Made by a program: the position numbers and the translations under genes. Shown piece after piece: positions 43,001-53,773 of a DNA stretch of 64,000 bases (the stretch's first letter is position 1; every line of letters begins with the position of its first letter). The stretch is taken from assembly GCA_000165425.1 (NCBI GenBank), contig CT868430.1:310001-374000 (forward strand), read 5' to 3'. This DNA comes from Paramecium tetraurelia. Its lineage: Eukaryota. Under the pieces are notes generated by a model. That model made no database searches and was not told the DNA's origin. It saw only the letters and a list, made by a program, of their open reading frames with translations.

Positions 43001-43627
43001 CTTACACGATCTTTAAAAATACAATGATTCACTTTAATGCTATGATACAGCAATTCAAATTGATTAAAATTTTGCAATAGCCTATAATAATAAAGGTATG
43101 AAATGTATTAATTTAATTAGGTAGGGCATTATATAATCTTAAATAATACACAGATGCAATTGTTTGCTATGATAAAGCCATTTAAATAGATCCAAATTTT
43201 ACAATAGCCTATAATAATAAAGGTATGAAGTCTTTCTATTTTATAAGGTAAGGCCTTACATAATCTTAAATAATACAAAGATGCCATTGCTTGCTATGAT
43301 AAAGCAATTCAGATAGATCCAAATTTTACAATAGCCTATAATAATAAAGGTTAGAAATATTTAATTTAATTAGGTAATGCCTTATCGAATCTTAATTAAA
43401 ACAATGATGCCATTGATTGTTTTAATAAAGCAATTAATATAAATCCCAATGATACAACAAATTATTTTTAAAAAGGTTTGAAATATCTTATTGTTTAAGG
43501 TTAATTTTTAACAAATATCAAAAACTACACGTAAGCTATTGAAAATTATGAGCAGGCAATTTTAAATTGCAAATCATATTAGAATTAATTTTAATAATTA
43601 ATTATTGACTTAAAAACAAAGAAATGA
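40065..43627 (+). CDS. TPR-array protein with an N-terminal Cys/His (Zn-binding-like) domain and coiled coil; one exon per TPR unit
   Basis: MKLFTCQDTAHKGEAIKGFCLNLGCQESRPEFCQQCGCDSKKHLNC, then ~20 TPR units such as GNALSDLKQYNEAIVCYDKAIQLDPNDEVAYFKK; frame intact after splicing; TGA 43625-43627. Confidence 0.93.
41317..43499 (+). repeat. Tandem 127-nt exon+intron repeat array (17 full 102-nt exons between 18 introns)
   Basis: Intron donors at 41317, 41444, 41571, 41698, 41825, 41952, 42079, 42206, 42333, 42460, 42587, 42714, 42841, 42969, 43096, 43223, 43350, 43476; consensus intron GTATGAAATCTCTAATTTGTAATAG. Confidence 0.95.
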
Positions 43628-44260
43628 ATTTAGTTAAATCCTTTAGTATATAATTCATAATTAACTTAAATTCTTTTTTAAATTGATTATAATTTATTTT
43701 CTTCAAAAGTAATCTTTTATTTATTACCAAATTAATGCCAATCATTATCTATTTTCTAAATACCCTTTCAATCCAAGTCATTCTTAAGTTCCTTATTTCA
43801 TTTTTCATTTCACCATTTAATTAGATTTGGCTTTTCTTACAAATCTGCTATTATCTGTATTTCAGATTCATTTACTTGCAAAAAGATCTAAAAGGTGATT
43901 ATATAATTGTTTAGTGAGCAATTTATTCAGAATCTTTTTGCTGCCTTTATGCTATAACATCTTAACGTATCTATATCTATTTACTCTTTGATAGTTACAG
44001 GAGCGAAAGACTAGGATGAGAATCTCTAATATCATCTCATGTATTATTTGCGCTTTTTTTCTATTCTGATAGCAAATTTTAATTTAATATATAGATTCTA
44101 TATATTTGAATCAAGATTTTCTAACCTACAGGGTCAATTTTTAACTTTTGGTAATCATTACTCAAGCTTAAATAGAGTACTTATAGTTGAAATGAATCGT
44201 ATTTAAAATTGACTCACTCTACAGATTAGTTAATATTAATAAACTATCACAATCACAGTC

Positions 44261-46150
44261 ATGAATAAATCGGTATTGGATTTTTGAATTGTATAAAGTG
44301 CTTGCTTACACAAATCTATTAAGTGTATTTGTAATTTTCAAGATTTCATTTCTATAAATGTAATGAGTGCTTTTTTAATTTTCTTAATATTAAGGAATTC
44401 AGTTTAGCGAAGTACCTGGTCTTGTTTTTGATGTAACTACTTTTTGATTTGATCTTGCAATATAAATTTATATTTAGATATTTTGACTGGAAAGTTTAAA
44501 TTTAATGAAGTTTAGTTTTTATAAATTAATGAAAAACTATTCGTCCTTATTTTATTTACTCCTGATTCGAAAGTTAATATTGAATTCTATTTACAATTAA
44601 ATTTAATAATTAATCTTAAGTTTGAGTTAAATTTGAAATAAGTAAATACCTATATAAAAGATATTTATATATGTATGCATAGTTAGTCTTACAATTTATA
44701 ACTTAGTAAAGAATATTCAACTTAAAGAATTTTATTACAAACTACGGAGGAGAATCGAGAATTATTCGAACTTATACTATTCTATCTATCATAATATTCA
44801 TCTAAACACTTCTAGATGCATATGCTAAATAAATTGGATTAATTTGTAATAGGATCCCAAGATAATTAAAATGTTTCTCTATTCACATAAAATCGGTTAT
44901 TTAGAAATATTAAGGAATTTTTTCATGAATACCACTCAAATATTTAATAAAATAATTAGTATAAATTTTGCAAAAAATTTCATTTATGATATCTTTATGA
45001 TATTATGTTACCATTGGCTATTTGGAGGGAGATATTTAAAATGGAAATATATGAACTTCTCCATCTATTAATAAATTGGATCTATTCAAGAGAATCAAAT
45101 AATTTTACAATTGTATTTTCTCAAGAAAATCCATGCTCTTTATTCCTCTCCAGAAGGAGAATATTATTTAAGTAGAGGAAACAAAATTTCAGTTGTTAAC
45201 CTAAAATACATAGGCTTTGGCTAATTTTAACAGGTATATTTATATTAGGATTTTTTCTGTAATAGTCGCTTGTAAAACTTTAGATGATCATATAATTCAA
45301 TATCTTAAATTTGTTTATATTTATCAGGTTTAAAAATGGTTTGAAAGAAATTCATTAAATTACTGACCTCATTAGAAATCGCTTAAGGGATGCAAAAAAT
45401 TTAATATTTTTATCTCATTTTTAATTTATCAAATCTATTGCTGAATTATTTGAATTCTTAGTATAAGATTGGCTTATAATTCTATTTTGGAAGAATTATC
45501 GGTGCCTCCTTTGAGGACAGGTAAATTCAGTTTTCTTTGAAATAAAAATCTGAAAAAATAATAATCTAACATAATCCTTTTAAGTTACAACTTGCAGAAC
45601 ATAACTTTTTCCCTTATTAAATACAACTAGATATCCATGGTGTTGGAGAAAAGGGATAATGCTGACCCAAATGATTAATTTATTCATAACCAAAAATGAA
45701 ATAATGGAGGAGAAAGGAGGAAGAAGGCTTAGGAGAAAAAAATATTTGAAAGATCTATTAGAAAAGTTCATCGAAGAGAATGGAATCTACACGGGGTAAA
45801 AATACATTAATTTAAATCTAAGTTGTAGATATATTGGAACATTTTAAAAAATTTCTAGGGAGTAATCAGTAAATGTGAAAAGATTAAGAGCGCATTAGAA
45901 AGGATTAGAATTTTGGATACATAAATTAAAGAAAACTATAATAAATCTTTAAACTATTGCTGAAATTTTCATATTTATTTTGGAGAGAATTCTGAAAATG
46001 GAAAGAGGATGATGAGAGATACAAAATCAATAAATAGAAACACTTATTTGGATCTAATGGTAGTAAGAGACAAAATTTTAAATTCATCATATCTTTAGAG
46101 ATAAATGAATTCTAGAAAAAGCTATACTAAAATGAAATAATCCAATACTA
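44261..46150 (+). pseudogene. Possible decayed gene remnant
   Basis: Coding-like patches (e.g. PWCWRKGIMLTQMINLFITKNEIMEEKGGRRL) broken by TGA and frame changes that I could not reconcile by splicing. Confidence 0.25.
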
Positions 46151-46496
46151 AGTATTATTTTAGTATCTAATAATACCTAATTGATTGATAGCTTTTTATT
46201 TGTTTAATGATTCTTTAATATGTTGTCAATCGTATTTAAGAGTCATTTTTTTTTTAAATAATTAGATCTCAATATATGAGAATATAATAATATTGTATGC
46301 TTATTATAATTAATCTTGCTTTTAGATACTAAAGATAGATTCAATATGAATCCATTTACATATTTACTAAATATATAAATATTTTAATGAAGGCTGATGA
46401 TAGTTATTAAGGTATTGGTGATCATTTTTGAAAGATTATTATAATATAATAATAATTAAAAAAAATAATGAATTATGAAGGGATATGAAAATTTAA

Positions 46497-47052
46497 TCAT
46501 TTTTTTTTATTTCCCTTTTAATCCTTTTCTTTTTCTTTCTAATTTTGTTTTTATTTTTCTTTTTCTTTTTCTTTTTCCTTTTCCTTAGTTTCTTTTGTCT
46601 CTTTTTAGTCCTTCTTTTAATTTTTATTTTTAATTTATTAAATTCTTTATTCATCTTCATCTTCGCTTTCCTCATCATCTTTAGAAGCCTTAGTGACTTT
46701 TTTTGATCCTTTTTTGTGTTTTTTCTTTTCTTATTTTAATTCCTTCAAGCAAGTTTTAACTTTTTCTTCATCTAATTTATATTTTTTGATCCAAGCCTCA
46801 TAATCTTTTTTATATTAATTTTAGGCCTTCTCTTTTTCATTTTCGTATTTCTAAATAAATATAAAATATTACCTCTTTTTTTTTTTTATCTAAATCATTC
46901 CACATTTAGGAAATAACTTAAGTTAATTCAGTCATGCTTTTCTCTTAATTTTTCTTTTTTACTTCATCATAAACTTCACCTCTATATATCATATATGCAT
47001 TTTGAGGTTTTTTTGGCATATGCTACATTGCATCCTCTGATATATAGTCCAT
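46497..47052 (-). CDS. HMG-box protein with charged C-terminal tail
   Basis: MPKKPQNAYMIYRGEVYDEVKKKNQEKSMTELTQVISQMWNDLDKKKKE|KYENEKEKAQNQYKKDYEAW; one intron. Confidence 0.9.
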
Positions 47053-47222
47053 AAATTTTAAATTTAAATTTATATAACAAAATAGCGCTCAATCAAAGAT
47101 TTATTGTTTAATTATTAATGAGTGTTTAACTTAGAAATTCATTTCATATATTAGGGACATTAAAAGAATGAAAATCCCACCTCTCTCGTAATATATTGTT
47201 TGTATTAACACAATTAAAATAA

Positions 47223-49118
47223 TCAAACTATTGATAGAAAATGGTTCTCTATTTTTTAGATCCATTTCTATTACCCAAGATAAAGATACGTTAACTAATT
47301 GATGTCTCTAATTCTAATTTGATTGAAAGTAGCTAACAAATATATTCAAATTTACTTGTTCCATCACAAAATGACCATCCCCATGATCTGGCTAGAGTAA
47401 AAGCACAGATAATGGCCTCAAAAATGGAAACCTCCTTGTACATTGCCAAACCACCAAGACGCACAACTCGATGGAGAGTAGTAAAAATACTATCTGTGTA
47501 TCTCATAACCTTTGTTGGTAGATTTGCAATTATTTTGTTTTATAAGAAGTCATCTTTGATATTATTAGAGTAAAAGGTTTCTTTTTTCGGTATTTACAAC
47601 CTATATATATTTAATTGATATACTCCTATTATTATAGCTTAAAATCATTATTCTATAGGGTAAACATACTCAAATTGTATCCAGTTCCAAATACAAGTTA
47701 AGTTGTTTAACCATATACGCAATACCCCATAGATGCTATTTGTTCAGCTTATTGTTTAAAATCATTCAAGGTAACTTATTTAAACTGTGTAGTTTATTTT
47801 TTAAAAATTATAAATGCTGAAGCTCTACATGAATCTGTGCCATCTACAGCTCGAAAGGCAACAATATATTTGGATTATTGATTATCTGCCTACAAGGTCT
47901 ATTGATTATCAAGGATATAGAGTATTTGGCAATATTATGTTTTAAGGAATGACTCATTTAAGTATTGAATAGCTTTCTTTAGACCTGTTAGAGAATATAC
48001 GAATTTAGATATGACTCTCATTTATTCAACAAGATATTTAACTAATTAAGTGAAATCACCCGATGCTTCATTGTGTTTTAATTGTTCTGCTTCAATAAAC
48101 TTGTTAAATGATTGTGTATTTTCTGGGATATTGGAATAAAAGTCATCTGTAAATTTTTCTAATTTTAATCTAATTTGAGCCTAATGATCATAACGACCAC
48201 AATCATAGATAACAATATCAGTGTGTGATTCCTATTTCAAAACTTTTAGTATTTATTTCATGCCTCTTATGATTTTACCGAAAGCCACTCTTTTATAATC
48301 AAAGAATGGCATAGGTGCCAAAGTAATATAGAATTAGGAATGGTTTGTATGCTAAAATCCATCGTTTGCAAATCCAATGATACCTTCGCAATCATGTTTC
48401 AATGCATAAGATTCATCTTCAAAATATCCTCCATAAATAGATATCTTTTTATCAAACTAACCTCCTTAAATGAACCCTAAATTTAAATTATATTACAACC
48501 ATTAGGTTTGTATTTGGTGAATTTACTATTTTTATAAGTATAAAATTTGCCTTCAATATTGACACCTTCGCAGAATTTGGTGAAATTTTCACAAGCCTTA
48601 GGTGCAAAGTCATTAAATAATTCAATAACAACAGGATGGAGTTAATCATCGATTGACAACATCATTTATACATAAGCTAAAAGTGATTAAACATAAATAC
48701 TATTCTTTCTCGAATTAAAAAATCTCAATTACGATTCATAGGCTTAACTAATCATGGTCTGAGTAAATTTAATTCTACGACTTGCATGTACAGTAGGTGT
48801 TCCATTCTAAATCAATAACAATGGTCTATGATATTTCTATTTTATAAACCTTTTCACTGTTTTAGACATAAATGAGTCATCCATAGTAAACGGTTCTTAA
48901 TTGCAAAGAGGTTGTAATTTCTTAATTTAAATTCTCAATGAAGCATCCCTTTTCAGCAGTTTCACTTGGTGATCATATTCAGACTGATTTTTTATTAATG
49001 TATTTACCTCATGCATTTCTTAGATCTCATAGGTCTTTTTTCGTTCTGTCAATTGCAAATTTTTGAAGTGCAATAAATCTGGATTACCTGTTACGCTCAT
49101 CACTTTAATTTTGCTCAT
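47223..49118 (-). CDS. PPIL6/RSP12-like cyclophilin fused in frame to a degenerate fructose-1,6-bisphosphatase domain
   Basis: Cyclophilin (~48680-48190): VVIELFNDFAPKACENF, WFIQGG, SIYGGYFEDE, FANDG..TNHSQFYITLAP, VAFGKIIRG. Continues without a stop into FBPase-like GDFTQLV, KYIVAFRAVDGT, GYCVYG, RYTDSIFTTLHRVVRLGG. Confidence 0.82.
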
Positions 49119-49143
49119 TTTTAATTTTATGTAATAAAATGAG

Positions 49144-50555
49144 ATGATTTAGCTACTATAAAAAACTGGTGATAAATTAAAGAATAAAAAATTGGAGAGA
49201 ATGATAGCAGTGAATCCTTCAAATACACAGTTCACTTAATAATTCTTGTAGTAATAACTTGATAAAAGCAACACTTAAAAAAAAGGTACCTTACTCACCT
49301 AAAATGAATTGAATTAAGCAATAAAAAAGTTTCAAGAATATATAACCAAAAATCAGGACGCACATTCTCTACAGACTTATTAAAAATCCTAAGAAAGTGA
49401 AAATATGTAAGATAAGTCCAGGTTTAAAACAATAAATTTTGACACTTCCTCCTCAAAAAAAGTCTAATCAAAGCATTCGCATAAATTATCTCATGCCATA
49501 CCGACAATTGCAAACGACAAACCACAACCTCAACATTTTAGACAATCTTCGGATATTATAAGAAATGATGGCATTGTGGACAAACTCTATGATTCTCTAA
49601 TGAGCAGAAATGCTGGAAATTCTAAACCGATAACACCAAAATGTGGGACATTTCAATTTCCTTAATTTTCAGATGATAATCAAGAATTAACAAATGCCAA
49701 CTTAGAAGAAATATACTATATTCAGAAAGTTAAATAAGCCATAATATTATAAAATTAAAATGATTATTTTACTAGATTATATCGAAATCATTTTAAACAA
49801 TTATGTCAAGAATTAAGTATTGGCATCAAATTAAAGCCTGCCAATTATACAGACATTAAGACAAAGGGAGTTAAATTAGACAAACAAAATAAATATAAAG
49901 GTATTTCTTTAAAATATTTAGATTCAATCACTCTTATATTTGATTTAGATGAGACATTAATACATTGCAATGAACGAGATCATAAATTATATGATGCCAT
50001 TCTTACTGTCAATCTTAATAAAACATAGCAAGTATAAGCTAAAATTAATGTACGACCAAATGCAGTTGAAATACTGAGAAAGTTATCAGAGAATTTTGAA
50101 TTAATAGTATTTACAGCCTCTAATAAAATATATGCCAAAAGCGTAATTGATTATTTAGATCCAAATAAGGATATATTTGCTCATAGGCTTTATCGAGAAT
50201 CTTGTATCTTAACATCAGGTGGAATTCACGTTAAAGATTTAAGAATACTTAACAGAAATTTAGAAAAAGTAGCTATAATTGACAATTCCGCTTGCAATTT
50301 TTCATGGCAAATAGATAATGGAATCCCTATAATCCCTTTCTATGACAATTAATTAGATGATGAACTTAATCACTTATACAAATATCTATCTGGCATGAGA
50401 GAGTGTAACGATGTTAGAGAATATAATAGGTATTTCTCAGTTTTATTTTTAGGAAACATCTTCAATTATATAGATACACAGGCAATATTAACTAATATCA
50501 AAACATTAGCAGATAAATGAAGGAATAGGATTATGTGATTGAGGATAAAAATTGA
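49144..50555 (+). CDS. NIF/FCP1-homology (CTD small phosphatase-like) HAD phosphatase
   Basis: TLIFDLDETLIHC, VRPNA, FTASNKIYA, LDP, HRLYRESC, VKDLRILNRNLEKVAIIDNS, NGIPIIPFY. Start may instead be ATG 49201. Confidence 0.92.
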
Positions 50556-50945
50556 TTATTTCTATACTGAATTACTATATTTTATTATTACAGAGTGATT
50601 GGTCAAACTAAAGAATTTCAATTAGTTTTATATCTCCTAATTCTTTCAAATTGAGCTATTTTTCTCTTCATTTTTCAATATGCTTCTAAGTTGAAGTTTA
50701 TCCAATTATTATTTCACTAACATCAATTAGACTAATAAGAGTGGTATCTTCAAATCAGCGTTAGCCTTCTTTGTAATAATTTTGAAGGAGAAGTATTTCA
50801 ACAGTGCTAATGATGATATATAGAAATCATAAAGGAACCATCATTAAATAGATGAGAAGCAAAGGTGAATCAATATGAATTTCAAATTATACTTCTCTAT
50901 CTATATTTTATATTGCATATTAAGAGTATTAAAATTTTGATATTG

Positions 50946-52565
50946 ATGAGCTCGTTAAATCGAACAGTTAAATAGATTGGTCAATATTAATACAATGAGA
51001 GACATTGCTTAGGAGAAGGAGCGTATGGAAAAGTGTATTAGGGAATGGATATTAAAACAAATGAAATAGTTGGAATCAAGAAAATGGATTTAGTATTATT
51101 TGAGAGGGATACTTATCTAAGGAATTAGATTGTTAGTGAGATTGAGATATTAAAGAAGTTTAATCATCCAAACATTGTCAGATTTATAGATCTGATTACT
51201 ACTCAAAGATCTCTTTACATAATTACTGAGTTTTGCAAGGATGGGGATTTGAAGGAATTTCTTCAAAAAAGGAGGTTGACAGAAAAAGAGGTAAATATTC
51301 TATCTATTTTTGAAAGGCTCAAGGCATCATGTTATAAATTGTAAATGGATTCAAAGAATTAGTTAAACAAGGAGTTATTCATAGAGATCTTAAGCCAGCA
51401 AATATATTAAATCATGAAGGCATTGTCAAAATAGCAGGTAATTGACTATTCAAAAAACTTAGACTTTGGATTTGCCAAGTACGTAGACAATTACACATCA
51501 TAATTATTAAGATCATGCGTTGGTTCTCCATTATATATGGCACCTTAAATATTGCAAAGGAAGAGCTATTCAACGAAATGTGACATTTGGTCAATTGGAG
51601 TTATATTTTATGAGATGGTATTCCATGATGTTCCTTGGAAGGGAAGGGATGAGTAGGATTTGCTCAAAAACATCTTAATAAAGCCCTTAGTGTTCAAGGG
51701 CAATCAACCAATCACTGATTTTACTCGAGACTTTTTGACAAAGGCTCTGATTGTAGAAGAATCTGAAAGGATTTCGTGGGATCAAGTCTTTTAGATGTTT
51801 GAAAGTATGGAAAAGGGATTAGTTTCCAACAATCCCACTTTATAAAAGCTATATAATGATTAAAATTTGAGTTGGATGCAAAAACAATAATAAAAAATGA
51901 CAGGTGACTAACTAGTTAAGTAATTATTATTTTTGTAACAAATGAAATAAAATATAGCATTTCGACACTTTGTTAATTTCGAGTTGTATTAAAAATCAGA
52001 TTAATTGAAGTTACTATTTAGAAGAGATTAATCATTAGAAGAATGTATTGCAATTCTATCAAGGCTTGTTCTTGCATATAGCAATTTGTTGATATAATTG
52101 ATAGAGGAAACCTGTGATTCTGGAGAAGATATTCTGATGAAAGGAACTAAGTGGAATATTTTAAATTTCATCAAGAACGAATAGGAATATTATAAAATTT
52201 TCTTTTAAAATTGTAAAGAGCAATTTTGTAAAGAAACACAATATGAAGCTGAATTATCAGATTCTGATAGAAATAAATTAGAAGATAGTTTGACAACAAA
52301 AATCATCAAATTGATTGGAGATAATATTGATGATCTTAAAAAGAAGATATCTGAGGGAATATTGTATTAAAATTTGTTAATTTTTAGTTAAGATAGTTTG
52401 ATTGCCATAGAATTATTGTTGGATTAATAAATTGCTCATAAAAATATTGTTAAAACAACAGATTTAGACTTTCAAATGCTATTGATAGAAAAGTAATAAA
52501 GAGAGGATTGGAGAAAAATACTAGATCGCATAACAAATAAATGGAGATAACTTTAGAAATTATGA
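50946..52565 (+). CDS. Ser/Thr protein kinase (ULK/Atg1-like ciliate expansion)
   Basis: LGEGAYGKV, VGIKK, HRDLKPANIL, DFG (split by an intron), GSPLYMAPQIL, KCDIWSIG. Confidence 0.92.
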
Positions 52566-52602
52566 TAATTCAATTTGCAATATTATATTTAAATGTCTAA
52601 TT

Positions 52603-53521
52603 TCAATCATTTTGTAATGTTTAATCTTTTTCCTTATTCTATTCATCTTTTGTAATCTTTAACTCTGTATAAAAGTTTAGTATTGGGTCAATTATATGCT
52701 CTTTGATTAAAAAATTGTTATGACTCATATTTTCTTGTATTGACAAATACGATTATTCTTTAATGTGGGCAGGGAGACTTTAATTATCATGACTCTTTAC
52801 TTATTGTACAAATCTTAAATTGGTTTTAGGAATGTAAGGTTATCTTTTTGTCCATGAATAAATAAGCATTTGCATTTGATTTTTTGACTATTCTCTTCAT
52901 TATTGATATGATTTTCGTTTAATAAGTAGTGCGCTCTTTTTGGAACAATGTCATTAACCAACTTATATAGAGTTATATAAGCAGACAAAATTATTAAGCC
53001 TGCACAATTTCTGTTAGCTCCTAAATAAAATGCAGGACCAGTCCCAATAGATCTTGGTAAAATCAATATATATATACCTCCCAAATACGTAAATTTGATT
53101 ATCATTCACTGCAAATTTTTATTTTATATAATCAAACACTACCAAAGCATCCTTCTCTATTTACTCAGCAGTAGTAACAATTGTACTTTAGTAATTTCCA
53201 TAACCTGGATATTCAACAAGAATAAAATGAGTTTTAAGATAATCTGTAAATCTTTACAACATATTTAATGAATTCTCTCTAGAATGTTTAAAAGCATTAC
53301 ATATTTTCACCATTTCCATGGAAGTAAATTATATAATTATTAGTAGATTTATCTTCATTTTCTAGGAAATAATATGGAATCCTATTTGCTCCTTCGAATT
53401 CGACAAATTGAACCTATTTAGCAAAATCACGATAATATTTCGAATTCCACCCTGGGAAAATAGTCTTTGCTATTTCTTATAGCTAATCATAGCCTTCGAC
53501 ATTATCATTCTATTATTACAT
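52603..53521 (-). CDS. Alpha/beta hydrolase (ABHD13/ABHD17-like)
   Basis: YFHGNGEN, VEYPGYG, nucleophile motif FGRSIGTG (intron-split), FIHGQKDNL. Confidence 0.88.
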
Positions 53522-53773
53522 TATTTATTATATTAAAAATAGTCCTTTACTATAAATCTAAATTAACATGAATATTTAAAAATTGAATCTATAAATTTTT
53601 TAAATGAATGAATTAAGTAATTCTTTCTTAGAATTGCAGATATATTTAATCAAAACTTATTTTAGAAGAACTAAGTTAACTAGAATATTTAATTTAAATG
53701 TTGGATCTATCTAAAATATCCTTAAATTTCTACAGATCTTTGCGTTAGATTAAAAAATATAAAAAATAGGATT

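Noticed and set aside
41317..43499. 127-nt periodic repeat with a conserved 25-nt element resembling a CRISPR array
   Set aside because: The conserved element is a GT..AG intron and the apparent spacers are mutually homologous TPR exons; the context is eukaryotic and there are no cas genes.
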